The notes: generated by a model not told the origin, from the letters alone. Shown: positions 24,161 to 36,479, counted from the first letter of the whole stretch. The stretch is 63,350 bases of DNA, filler included, from Lenisia limosa (GCA_001655205.1; 21 parts of 21 records of this genome joined end to end with filler, not necessarily neighbours in it); one strand, 5' to 3'. Numbers and translations are program-made.

Positions 24161-26177
24161 CTACCAAAAACGCGAGCGGATTTTTGTTTGGGCGAGGGCA
24201 GAGGTCTCGGGCGGGCGTTCGTTGAGGGGCGGATCCTCATGGTAGATGGCGGCCGTCCAAGTCAGGGCCTCATCGGCGGTGGCCGGGCATGTAGTGACAA
24301 ACGTCTTTGCCGGCAGGACGGTGAAGTCGATNNNNNNNNNNGGGTAGACGGCCGTCCAAGTCACGGCCTAATCGGCGGTGGCCGGGCATGTAGTGACAAA
24401 CGTCTTTGCCGGCAGGACGGTGAAGTCGATAGGCACAGGGCGGCGAGTAAGGACGCAGAAGTCCACGTCGTGGAACCGGAACCGGCCGGCCTTGGCGGCC
24501 TTAAGCGCCTTGACGCGGGCGTGGTAGTCACTGTCGTCATCGGCGTCACTGGCGGAGGCGGCGTCGGCTGTGGTGGCGGTGGTCTCGAAAGCACTCTCTG
24601 GTAACGGGGTAATGAAATAAACAGCAGCGCCAATACTCCACACTGCGTGCCACCCGTTTGGCCACCACAAGTTGGGTGAGCAACCACACGTCGGCTCTTA
24701 CTTAAACAATTATTGAAAATATTTCCAGATAGCGCGGCCTGACGGTCTTACAGACGCGGCAAAAGGATTACTACTCGGTACCAACCGNNNNNNNNNNCCA
24801 TGCGGAGCTGCAGGTCTTTGGTCATTGACAGGGCCAGCTCGAGATCGGCATCAAGGGTGCGTTGTGTCTGGTCCGGTGAGAATAGAACCAAAAAACAAAC
24901 ACCCCCCCCCACAAATAAGACGAACACCTTCTCACCTTTCGTAAAATGGCCTCAACCTCTGCGTCCACGCCTTCGGTGTTCCTCCAGAACGCAGCGAAAC
25001 GCTGGACGTTGACCTCCTGGCCGTCGCCGACGACGAGCTGCCGCGGCGCTTCGTTGTCCTTTGCGTACATAACATTGCCAGCGGGCCCAATGCGAAGGCC
25101 CTTGTGGCGGAAGACGTCGCGTACAAAATTGATGGCGTTTGCTAAAATCGCGCCTCTCACCAGGGTGCCGTAGTTGTAGAGGTGATGCGCGGCTGGGGAG
25201 AGGGTGGCGAGGTCGTCTTGCGTGGCGGCCGCAGACTCCGGCTGTGTTTCGTCATCATCAGCGTCGACCTCGAAACAGGCTGGAGACTATTTGGCTGGGG
25301 CTGGCTTCCTCACCCTTGTCCGCGTCGACCTAGGCGGGTGAACAACAAGGNNNNNNNNNNNNNNNNNNNNNNNNNNNNNNNNNNNNNNNNNNNNNNNNNN
25401 NNNNNNNNNNNNNNNNNNNNNNNNNNNNNNNNNNNNNNNNNNNNNNNNNNNNNNNNNNNNNNNNNNNNNNNNNNNNNNNNNNNTGGCTGGGGCTGGCTTC
25501 CTCACCCTTGTCCGCGTCATCGTCATCGTAGACCTAGGCGGGTGAACAAAAACACACTAATCCCTGTGGTCGAATAATAGACAATACTAATAGATGGAAG
25601 TATGTGAAGAATCCAATATACACTTACCTCTGGCATTAGTAACCGAATCGCCGTCTCTGCTTTTGCCGTGATATGCGGCAGGTTTCTAAGCCTCGCGAAG
25701 GAGGGTGAGGCCGGGGAGAATCAGTTGGGGTGGGTTCGGTGAAGGTGATGGTGGCAGCTCTGGCCAAGTGGGCAAGGAGGGAAGTAAGGCTTGCAAAGTG
25801 GACTGTGACAACCAACCTTGCTGGGGACCTCCTTGCCGGGGCCGGCTTCGTCGCCTGTGTTTGCGTCAACCTAGACGGGTGAATAACATGACGGTGGGGA
25901 AGTAATTCTACTAATATGAATTTGAGAATTCTGTCCAACAAGTTAAATAATATTACGTTCATCACAACAAGAATCTAATGGAACAATTTTTACTGAGGAG
26001 GCCGACGGCGGCGTCAAGGGCGGACGGCCAGGCGGGCGCAAAGTCAGAGGCGGCGACCGTCCACGACGACCGGTCGGGGCCGTCGTTAGTGGTCGGCGAG
26101 ATAGAGGTGAAGGCCCACGGCAGGGGGTCGACGTCCACGGCGGTCTTCTCAGAGGTGATCTCGATCTCAACGGGCAT
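24161..26177 (-). CDS. GC-rich, acidic, repeat-containing hypothetical protein or pseudogene
   Basis: Open segments MPVEIEITSEKTAVDV..., ...GAILANAINFVRDVFRHKGLRIGPAGNVMYAK...AILRK|GTGAG, DADLELALSMT and ...YHARVKALKAAKAGRFRFHDVDFCVLTRR.... I could not resolve frame continuity. Confidence 0.45.
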
Positions 26178-26649
26178 TTTGTCAACAATGGCGGGCTACC
26201 CACATACCTCGTCTATATCTGATTTTCTGTGGTAGTGGAAAAATCAGACAGGTCAANNNNNNNNNNNNNNNNNNNNNNNNNNNNNNNNNNNNNNNNNNNN
26301 TTAATTAATTAANNNNNNNNNNNNNNNNNNNNNNNNNNNNNNNNNNNNNNNNNNNNTGAAACAAAAGAACCCAAATAAACTCTGTTGATGGGGTGGGGGG
26401 GGGGTGTAAAATTGGAAAATAGATATAAAAAAAACCCAAATCAACTTTGTTGGCTGACAACACCTCATCACTCCAGCGTACGTGAAAAGGCAGTGGTTGC
26501 TCATCCACAAAAATATTATTTACTGGAACTCCGTGCTTAAAAATAACAAGTAGGATTCCTTCGTTTACTCTCCAAATCTTCGAAGCCTTCCCCCCAGGTT
26601 TTATTGTGACAGTATATCAATCTGCTGAGGGTATAAAAGAAAGTGAAAC

Positions 26650-27090
26650 TCCACAAGAGAGGTGATCCACCATCCCACGAACCCATCACAGTTATTCCAA
26701 AGGCCAACTTCCTAATTATCCCTGCTTTCCCATCCATTCCAAGAGTAATTCGCTTTGAGAAAACACTTCCGTCAGGTACAGCTACCGTTGGACCACAGCC
26801 AGACCAACTTCGCATTTTAGCAGAAAAGGTTACCAACCCAATTTGGAAGATGTACACATGCTTCAAGACCGGACCGGAAGAATGGAAAGATTATTATTTG
26901 TACACTATGGTACCCTTGTTATCACTGTAGTAATTATGTGTTAATTGTTTTTTCTCTTCTTACAGAAATCTAGACCTTATTAAGTCCAGCAGTGTGGCTA
27001 CACTAAACCCACTACCACTGGCCTGAAAGGCAATGACAGGGATTCAGTACGAGCTGAGAAGATAATTTCAGAAGACGTTGAGGAGTAGGA
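26650..27090 (+). CDS. Hypothetical protein, 3' exons
   Basis: Open segments RGDPPSHEPITVIPKANFLIIPAFPSIPR, GTATVGPQPDQLRILAEKVTNPIWKMYTCFK and a possible last exon ending EDVEE*. Confidence 0.4.
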
Positions 27091-27643
27091 AATGTTTTTC
27101 TAATTCTGATTCTTGTCTTCTTGATTCTTACCAATTTAGAGGAATTCTCTATCAAGTCGCCGACTTATCAAATGTATTGTGTGATATGTTACGATATATG
27201 ACATCAAATGATACTTATAATATATGAAACAACCTAATAGAATTGATATGTGTATACATATGATATGTATTGGTCAATTACATCATTTAATGATGACTTA
27301 CCCTGCGATTAACAGCCGCACAACAAGCACAACCAAGGTTGAGAACTTTTTCTCACTCGTCCACTCATATATCAGCACCTGCACGCTCCGTGTCTTCAAA
27401 TCAAATATGCGAAAGTTGATGCGTTTGTGGATGAGAGAAAGAGGAAATACTTGATGTGAAAAGAGTTCTAGGGAGGGGCGTGGAAAGGGGCCTCACCCTT
27501 CCTTATTCCTTATGAAGAAATATCAAATCCCCCCCCCCCCCCCNNNNNNNNNNNNNNNNNNNNNNNNNNNNNNNNNNNNNNNNNNNNTTAATTAATTAAN
27601 NNNNNNNNNNNNNNNNNNNNNNNNNNNNNNNNNNNNNNNNNNN

Positions 27644-29452
27644 TTATGCCACATCACTGGACCTTGTTCGTCTTGCTACATTGTTTTCACACTTCTTAAC
27701 AATGAAACTGTACGTTTTTTTTAGTGTCATTTCACTCTTATTCATAATATATTATATATTACCCCCGCCGGTTAATTATGCTGCTCCGTAGATCATTACG
27801 ACAGCGCTTTCTAGATACAAAACGTGATTGAAATACTTCTCCCCCCCCCCAGGTATTCTTGTCATGATGGTGACATGGTGGGTTAGCGACTGTGTTCCAA
27901 TCGGAGTAACGTGTAAGAGGGCAAGTTGCTAACGTCTATAATGAAGCGGTCGAAAGATGGATCTTGGGGGTGATAGAATTTTCTGGAAGCGGTATATCGT
28001 ATACCTTATGAGCCATCAGTATTAATCTTGCTGATAAATTTACTCCTCAGCACTTATTCCGTTTGTTCTGTTCCCTCTGACAGGCACGATTCCAATTGCC
28101 GATTTGGCGCCGACGTTCATCAACAACGCGCAATTCGTCCTTATTGGCTCCATCTTCTGCTCCATCGCAATGGTCAGGTACGCCNNNNNNNNNNNNNNNN
28201 NNNNNNNNNNNNNNNNNNNNNNNNNNNNNNNNNNNNNNNNNNNNNNNNNNNNNNNNNNNNNNNNNNCTGTGTAGCTTGGGTTATACCTAGGGCTTCACTT
28301 TGGTTCGGAAAAAGACTGAATTTCTCTCGATAAATCCTCGAAAACAATCGATATTCCACTGGTTTTTTCCGAATCGAAGTGAAGCCCTAGTTATACCCTT
28401 TTTGTGTCACAGATAGAATAGGTAAATGTTAACACTTGTCATACTTCTTCACTTGTCATACTTGGCACTGTTCACCCAGCAGGTGGGATTTACATGTACG
28501 TCTCTCTTTGACTCTCTTGACAAAAGTTGGGTGCAAACCAAGGTGGACGGCGTGCAGTGTCAATGTCGTATTCAAGACTATTATTGGGTCAATGTCGTAT
28601 TCAAGACTATTATTGGGCATCAATGTCGTATTCAAGACTATTATTGGGAAGGGTCAATGTAGTATTCAAGACTATTATTGGGCAGTGTCAATGTCGTATT
28701 CAAGACTATTATTGGGCAAATAATGTAATACTGCAAGAATTCAGTCTTTACCCTTTGTATCTCCTCCCTTTCTACTATACAAGGATGCGACGCTGACCAA
28801 GTAGGGCGATTCTATTAGGTTTCATGTCCACCGCTGGGTTCCTCAGCATGTGGTATGCGGAGTACCCGTTTTGTTTCCTGGGGCTCTGAATTTTGATTGT
28901 TAATGAAAATACAAAAACACAGTTATTCATAATTGCTTTGATGGATAGTATATTATACACATACCCGTTCTCTCCCCTCATGTGTCCCATAAACATTTCT
29001 TATTCTTTAGGATGTCGAATACAGCCTCTGTAAGCGGAAGAACTGGCATTGTTTGTTTTGATACTTATTCAACCTTTTTTTTAGGGTGGAACTAAATTAC
29101 GATATATGACAGCACATTTCTATATCATATGTGATGGCAGTAGTATTAATAAAGATTGCTATTAAATCCTGTTGCGTTCCCATACATTGTTATTCACCAC
29201 GATGGACCAAGTCACACCGCGCGTTACCTATAGGCGGTGATCTGCACCTCCATCGGAACAGTGATTGTTGAGAGTATTGAGAAGAGAGTGAAAAAAGACT
29301 GGCTGGAGTTTGATGTTGAAAAGTACGGTAAAGGTAGGGAGGGTCAAACATCCCGTTGCATACGTGTTATTTTGACACCACACAGCACTTCTCCTTGGGA
29401 CTGCATGCTCTGCAAGTGTTGGTGGTGCGGCCACCTTGATCGGCACCCCCGC
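27644..29452 (+). CDS. SLC13/DASS sodium:dicarboxylate/sulfate symporter (partial)
   Basis: Spliced product GILVMMVTWWVSDCVPIGVTSLIPFVLFPLTG...IAMVRWDLHVRLSLTLLTKVGCKPRAILLGFMSTAGFLSMWMSNTASAV... and LLLGTACSASVGGAATLIGTP. SMWxSNTA and SASxGGxATLxGT are SLC13 signatures. Confidence 0.9.
28288..28389. mobile_element. hAT-type MITE family H (~80-110 bp), type copy; more than 20 copies in the window
   Basis: TIR TAGGGCTTCACTT(C/T)GGTTCG.../...CGAAGTGAAGCCCTA with a perfect 8-bp TSD GTTATACC. Other copies at about 2872, 6791, 8778, 16711, 17509, 18499, 19464, 20498, 32135, 33646, 34089, 35556, 37646, 47655, 55361, 56089, 57170, 58500, 60803, 60931, 61270, 62758 and 62948. Confidence 0.9.
28560..28716. 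repeat. 29-bp intronic minisatellite, 5 copies
   Basis: TCAATGTCGTATTCAAGACTATTATTGGG with 0-5-nt linkers, inside an SLC13 intron. Confidence 0.95.
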
Positions 29453-29573
29453 NNNNNNNNNNNNNNNNNNNNNNNNNNNNNNNNNNNNNNNNNNNNTTAA
29501 TTAATTAANNNNNNNNNNNNNNNNNNNNNNNNNNNNNNNNNNNNNNNNNNNNATTTTACCCCCCCCCCCCCAG

Positions 29574-32073
29574 ACTGCTGATGACACTCCCATTCGTCAG
29601 ATGCAACAGACCCAGCATATTGGCCAGCCTGAATTTATACGTGGGGACGGGGTGAAGGAAGGAGGATAGGTGAGCTTATATGATATGGATTAACCCAATA
29701 TCGCTTATAAGTATGATGGTGTGGACGTGTGTTGCCAGCCAACAAAGTTGATTTTGGGCTTTTTAATATTTGTTTCATAAATTTTCTCGATGAACCCCTC
29801 CTCCCCCCCCCCCTTCCCCAGCTCACCCTTGTAGCTATGGCAGGACTCACGCCCCAAGGAATGGTAGGGGGGAGACTGTCCAATTATTTTTTGTATATTT
29901 CTTTGNNNNNNNNNNNNNNNNNNNNNNNNNNNNNNNNNNNNCAAGTATATAGTACATATAGATATGCATATATGCATATCTATAATGTGATAAACATATA
30001 TTAGAGCTCTTTCTAATTAATTTATCAATTAATTGGCAAATAATTTAAATTAATTATTTGTTAATCGCACATTACTTGACTTTCATTATAATGACCATTA
30101 TGTTCTGTGATAAATTGAAATAGTAACCTGTGGTTAAAGTTTTTCAAAATTTTCCAAGAAAAAGCAACACTGATTCCAGAGAACAATCAATAAGCAGATC
30201 TATAAACTACATTCAACAAAATTAAACCCTGGCCGCCATCTTAAACAGGGTAAATTTTGTGGGCATTCTGTTCCCAGAACATGGTTGTGGCCAATGTTTC
30301 AGGGTTCATGCCTGGCGGTTTTTTGTAACCGTTCCGCATCTGGAGAACAGACGCTCAACAGGAATTGAAGAGGCCTGATCAGTGAATAGGAAATATTGTG
30401 GAAGCATCGTTATACAAAATAATATTATTTTGCAATCGTCAATTTCAAATATTAACTGGTAGCCCCACAATCCACAAACTGGTACTGCCAAGCGGCGTCC
30501 GATATATATATTGCGATATTTGGAATGTCTTTTGAAATGTGGCTGATTGTCTCCAAAGCTCCACAGTGCGTCATGGAGACCGTCAATCTGCTCTTGTATT
30601 TTTTTATCTGAAACATGACACACCGTAGAAAAGTAATCATCATATCACGTGGAAGCAAGTTGTAGTTACTTATTTTTGCGAATACAAAGTGATAGCACAT
30701 TATCCCCAAAAATACTCAACGAACCTCTTCTTCAATCGTTTCCTTCTGTGTCGAGACTCCATAAACGAAGACAGCAAATTTCCATGTCCAAAGATGTCAT
30801 CATCACCGGAGTAAATTGTTTCGGCGACCTGTGTCTCTTCTATATCTGAAATTGGCTGTGTTTCCATTTCCATAAGGGGGTCATAGTCAGCTGAAACAGT
30901 TAATGATACAAATGATAGTCTAATAAATTTTTGAGATCTCTTCGGCAATTGAATTCCAAATTTTTTTCTTGCTTGTCATTCAATTCACGCTGCCAAAAGA
31001 GATTGGCCGTGTAGGGGTACATTGTTGAGGTTTTAATGAACACACAGTCTGGATGGAATGGAAATTTCCCACGAAGAGAATAGAACAATGCGGATGCCAA
31101 GCGAATTTGAATGTCTTCTTCCGCATCGGGCAATTCCCATTTGTCAGGCTTTGGAATGTCATCAACCTCTTTGGCCTTGACGGTAAATTTTCAACTGTTC
31201 GCGGTACGTGGCCTGTTCTTTCTTGACAACATCAATCTTCATTGAAGTCCAAAACATCGAAGTCGAATCCGGAAACTTCTGCCATTTTTGACCTCAGAGA
31301 CAACATGAAAGGGAAAACGAGAGGTAGAGTTAGAATAGTTTCAGCTACAGTGTTGATTAATGGATTTTGATCACATACCACCAAGTTTCTCTTGAACTTC
31401 GTATATTGGTTTCAGAAGCGCAATGATCTTTTCAAATGTGTCAAGGTTCTCAGCAATCATTTCGATATTGGATATCTTGACGCACTCTGGATGCACCATC
31501 AACAACGGCACCAGCAAGATTTTCATCAGTCAAACCATCTTTGTTCTTCACCTCCTACAATGTTAATCAATAATAAAAAAGTTCAATGACAAAATAATAA
31601 TACAGTGTTGAACTCAAACAATAAATTACTCTAATATATATTTATCTGCACATAGGATACATATCATACTATATCATATGTATGCCAAATAAGGATAGAC
31701 AATTACCAAATAGGGATACAAACTTACAAACTAGGGATACAGTCCGCTCAACATTCCCGTCGTGGCTTCTACCCTGCCAAATGCCACAATTCAATCAAGT
31801 CAGTTTGATTATTTGCTTACAATCATTTTTCTCATGATACGCCGCCAAATGAACCTTGATACGCCACCATTTAAACTGGTTATCCCTTTTCCCTCTCTCA
31901 TGCCCCAGATCAATCCCTTTTTCCAACTTCACAACTCGCTGACGATATTCCTCAGAACGCAGTAGGTGGAGTTGATTTTGGTGTGTTTTGTTTCAGAAGT
32001 TTTCTAATTGTACCCCTCCCCGCAGGAATCGTTTAAGTACCCCGAGGCATTGCAGCAGTGGCCCCTTGACTTT
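29574..32073 (+). CDS. Hypothetical multi-exon gene; the hAT relic lies in its intron
   Basis: Exons TADDTPIRQMQQTQHIGQPEFI (29574-29640), LTLVAMAGLTPQGM (from 29822), DQSLFPTSQLADDIPQNA (31909-31961), ESFKYPEALQQWPLDFTR (from 32026). Confidence 0.4.
30306..31560 (-). pseudogene. hAT-superfamily transposase relic, frameshifted, with an apparent short intron
   Basis: QRWF (TRWN-like); FEKIIALLKPIYEVQEKL G|AETILTLPLVFPF across a GT..AG intron at ~31347-31380; C-terminal dimerisation motif ASSIPVERLFSRCG at ~30330-30375. Multiple stops and frameshifts. Confidence 0.8.
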
Positions 32074-32399
32074 ACAAGGGTGGGTGGGGGGTGTTTTGGA
32101 GATATATCCTGGGGATGGGTGAATTGCTTGTTGGTGTGGGTTCGATAAAGACTGCCAAAATATTGATAGTTTTCGAGGATCTAGAAATTCAGTCTGTTTT
32201 TGAACCAAAGTGAATCCCTATGTGTATGTGTGGAAGGGGTGTTTACAGAGTTGTAAGGCAAATGATTGGGTGAGTTAATGGGATGCTATAAGCCAATATN
32301 NNNNNNNNNNNNNNNNNNNNNNNNNNNNNNNNNNNNNNNNNNNTTAATTAATTAANNNNNNNNNNNNNNNNNNNNNNNNNNNNNNNNNNNNNNNNNNNN

Positions 32400-33254
32400 A
32401 CCTGGTGCCACACAAATTTGCGCTGTGACCGTTTGAACAGAAATCCCTCGTATTCGTGGGATCGGAGGGTCTTTGTTTCAGCTACCTATTAGGGGTTAGG
32501 TGGGTCTCTATGGTATGATGTCCGTTCAGTAACTGCCCGTTTGGTTACTTCCTTATGTGGCAACTGTTGGCTATTTCCTTATATGGTAACTGACTCTTTT
32601 GGCAAGTTGGTCGCACAGGCCCAGGGTGCTCCGGGTACTGCTGAGACTCGATGACACGTCGTCAGTCATCGTGATTTCTGCCAGCGAAATCTGGGGGAAT
32701 TAAAGGGGAATAATGGATAATTATTATACTGAGTGTTAATGATGTTTGTTGCAGAAAATGTTGACTCTGTTAATAAAACGCACCATATTGATGTTATAAC
32801 TCGCAATGTTAATAGTGTGTAACGTTTTGTAGATAATGCAAATAATGTTAATCATGTTGCATGAAGATAAATGTTTAGCGACTTGAGATAATGGATAGAT
32901 AAAACTGTATAAAAAAAATATTAAAATACTATTGGTAATGTTTACTGTATAACGAACCATGTTGATGATTGGGAGAATTCGGCTTGAGCGCTTGTCAAGA
33001 ATGTCCTAAAATGTCATCAAAGGGGGACAGTAACAGGGAAAATGTACAGTGTCCTGCCTGACCGATTTGCTCTGGGATTTCCCAAGGAAATTAGGACAAG
33101 ACTTAACCCGGTCCCAAGGAAATTAGGACAAGTCTATACCCCCCCCCCCCCNNNNNNNNNNNNNNNNNNNNNNNNNNNNNNNNNNNNNNNNNNNNNNNNN
33201 NNNNNNNNNNNNNNNNNNNNTGCTGTTTGAACTGCATCGCCGCATCCTCGATCT
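32400..33254 (-). CDS. PH-domain-containing protein (partial)
   Basis: Exon at ~32400-32485 reads VAETKTLRSHEYEGFLFKRSQRKFVWHQ, the typical start of a PH domain. Upstream exons at ~32620-32692 and ~33220-33254. Confidence 0.6.
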
Positions 33255-33922
33255 ATTGGGGTCAGGATGAAATGGAGTATATGAAAGAAAAGGAAAGAAA
33301 AGGAAAGAAAAGGAAAGAAAAAGCAGGAGGTGGGGGGGGGGGTAAAACGAAGGATATTTCGATGAAGAATATTGCGTAAAGGTACTAATCACGAACCGAA
33401 TAATCTGAAACCCCCAAAAAACAAGCAAAGTAAAACGAAGGACCTTTCGATGGCAAATATTAGTGTAAAGGTATTAAATACGAACGAATGGCGGGTGATT
33501 AAAAATGAAAAAAAAATTATGAGCTCAACGCCAGCTCCACAGGCTAAACACTCAACAGGTAAAAACGCCACCTCCACAGGCTAAACACTTAAGAGGTAAA
33601 ATGGGAACTCAATTAGCAAAGAACCCATCCACCCTTTTTTCTTACTAGGGATTCCCTGCTAAATATCGATATTTGTCGAGGATTTATCGAGATATATTCG
33701 GTCTTTTTTGGGACCAGAGGATACCCCTACTTCTTACAGAAAAGAAACCCAGCACCCTCACCGCCAAAATAAACTCTCCAACTGCCTTTCNNNNNNNNNN
33801 NNNNNNNNNNNNNNNNNNNNNNNNNNNNNNNNNNTTAATTAATTAANNNNNNNNNNNNNNNNNNNNNNNNNNNNNNNNNNNNNNNNNNNNAAGAGATATT
33901 CTCATAGTATAATGAGACCTAC

Positions 33923-35743
33923 CCATGGTGAGGGAGGGGAATTCAGGACCAAGCTCCTCGATTGCTTCGAGAACAGTGGAGACTGTGCTATCCTGGGGGG
34001 TGTAAATGGGGGTGTAAATACATGATTAAATAGTGGACATACTCAATCAATCCCCCTTCCCCCATCATATAATATAGCAATGAGTCCCTAGGGCTTCCCT
34101 GCGATCCGAAAAAGACCAGTAAAATATCGATATTTGTGGAAGATTTATCGGGAATTTCAGTCTTTTTTGAGATCAAAGGGAAGCCTTCGCAATAAGAAAT
34201 AAATAATAAAAGGTTGCATGTGGCCCCACCATAGTCAACTCGCCATCAATATGGGACATGGGACGAACAGTCAGCTCCATGTAAATAACTCCGTCACGGA
34301 CTGCATCTTCCATGATTCCGCGGATACCTGGGGGTGGGGGGTAACATTTGAAAATTTATGAAATAAAAAAGCCCAAATCAGCTCTGTTGGCTGACAACAC
34401 ACGAGGGTTGATAACAACAAAACANNNNNNNNNNNNNNNNNNNNNNNNNNNNNNNNNNNNNNNNNNNNNNNTGATAAATACAACAAGGTTGTATCAAGCA
34501 GAAGAAGTCACACAATCACCCTTAGAAGAGATATTGGATGATAGCATCACACTTATACGAGATACTGGATTATAGTACGAACGTATTGATTGCACCTCAA
34601 AACAAGAGCTTCTCATCATCAAACAAAATATGGCGTAGTACAATTATTTTAAAAAATAATTTCAACTTGAAGTGGGACTCTTTGTAACAAGACTTCCATC
34701 TAAGGCATTGATTTTCTAAATTGTTCCAAACAATAAATGGCACGTAGCCCTACAAAATACTAACTTATTTCACAACAATATGCGCAACTAACCTTGCTTA
34801 ATGTTGTCGGCGGATTGCAGAAGAGCTCTAGGGGGTAAAATGGGATATTTTAAACAACCAATTGTTGGTGTGGCGCCTGAAAGACCCCTTATCTCACTAT
34901 CTCCCATTCCCCCCCACACAATAAACCCCCTTCCCCGAGAGCAAAAAAGCTTCTTGTTGTTTATCTTGTATAAGTAGTTTTATGTTGGATGTATATAACC
35001 CCTTGGAGGGTTTATGAGCGAGGATTTTTTTTGTGGACTCCCACCTTGACAGTTGTTTGGCGTCCTCGACACTGCCGTCGGTGTGGTGGATGGGATGCAT
35101 GAAAGTAATCAGCTCTTCCATCGTGTTGATCTCTGGGGGGGGGGGGTAAAACTAGAAAATTTATGAAACAACAAAGCCCAAATCAACGATAACAACAAAA
35201 CAANNNNNNNNNNNNNNNNNNNNNNNNNNNNNNNNNNNNNNNNNNNNNNNNNNNNNNNNNNNNNNNNNNNNNNNNNNNNNNNNNNNNNNNNNNNNNGGAG
35301 AGAAAATAAAAACTATCCGTGTGAGTGGAGGGGGAAAGGGGGTCATGGCCACCTACATATACACAGACACTCGTATCATGAATTAAAATCCATAACATCC
35401 TTTACCCACTATATTGCTTCATAACATCGGGACTGTTCTTGAGGGCCTCCCACATCGACTCAATTGGAACACCACCGTCAAGGCGAAGGTGAAGGTCAGC
35501 CTAAATAAGGGTAAAGAAGAGGCCTTACTAGAGATCACATCACAATACCTATATCGAGGGCTTCATTCGGTTCAAAAAAGACTGAATTTCTCGATAAATC
35601 TTCGATAAATATCGATATTTTATCAGTCGTTTTCGAAATGAAGTGAAGCCCTACCTGTATCCTTCCTTACACCCCATTCTAGACCCGCACCTTAGGAACT
35701 TGGCGAATAAGGTCCTCAGTAAAGACCGGGTTCTCAATACCGT
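33923..35743 (-). CDS. Adenosine deaminase-fold protein (internal part)
   Basis: Spliced product LIRQVPK|ADLHLRLDGGVPIESMW...RALLQSADNIKQG|IRGIMEDAVRDGVIYMELTVRP...GELTM|DSTVSTVLEAIEE follows the ADA pattern PKAELHxHLDG ... ED...GV.Y.E.R. Confidence 0.8.
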
Positions 35744-36479
35744 CTACACCGAGGTAAAATATGTTAAACTGGGCATCCAATGTGTTAAACTGGGCAGTAA
35801 TATAAAAAGACATTAAGTGTTGTTCAACTTCTTTGATTGGTAGCAATGAGAANNNNNNNNNNNNNNNNNNNNNNNNNNNNNNNNNNNNNNNNNNNNTTAA
35901 TTAATTAANNNNNNNNNNNNNNNNNNNNNNNNNNNNNNNNNNNNNNNNNNNNACACCATCACGCTTATAAGATATACTGGATGATAGAATAATTTAATTC
36001 ACTACTGTGCAGCTTCTTACGTGCCAAGTTGTATTGGCTCCGTGCAGTGAATGTTTTTGAAGATATTCATTTTCAATTAATTGCGCGGAGTCATTACCTC
36101 TCTCCTCCCCTTCCATGTACCTGGGACTCGAGACTACTGAACTCCTGTACCCCGCTGGCGGCGGGNNNNNNNNNNNNNNNNNNNNNNNNNNNNNNNNNNN
36201 NNNNNNNNNNNNNNNNNNNNNNNNNNNNNNNNNNNNNNNNNNNNNNNNNNNNNNNNNNNNNNNNNNNNNNNNNNNNNNNNNNNNNNNNNNNNNNNNNNNN
36301 NNNNNNNNNNNNNNNNNNNNNNNNNNNNNNNNNNNNNNNNNNNNNNNNNNNNNNNNNNNNNNNNNNNNNNNNNNNNNNNNNNNNNNNNNNNNNNNNNNNN
36401 NNNNNNNNNNNNNNNNNNNNNGCGTGCCTCCCCAAATTAATGGAGACAACCTTGTTTTATTTCTTAAGTCTATACATAA

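Noticed and set aside
24240-24431. ~90-bp duplication on both sides of a short N gap, one copy with a stop
   Set aside because: Most likely two alleles or paralogues left unmerged by the scaffolder; cannot be trusted without reads.
28560-28716. CRISPR-like array of 29-bp repeats
   Set aside because: Linkers are only 0-5 nt, there are no unique spacers or cas genes, and it lies in a eukaryotic intron.
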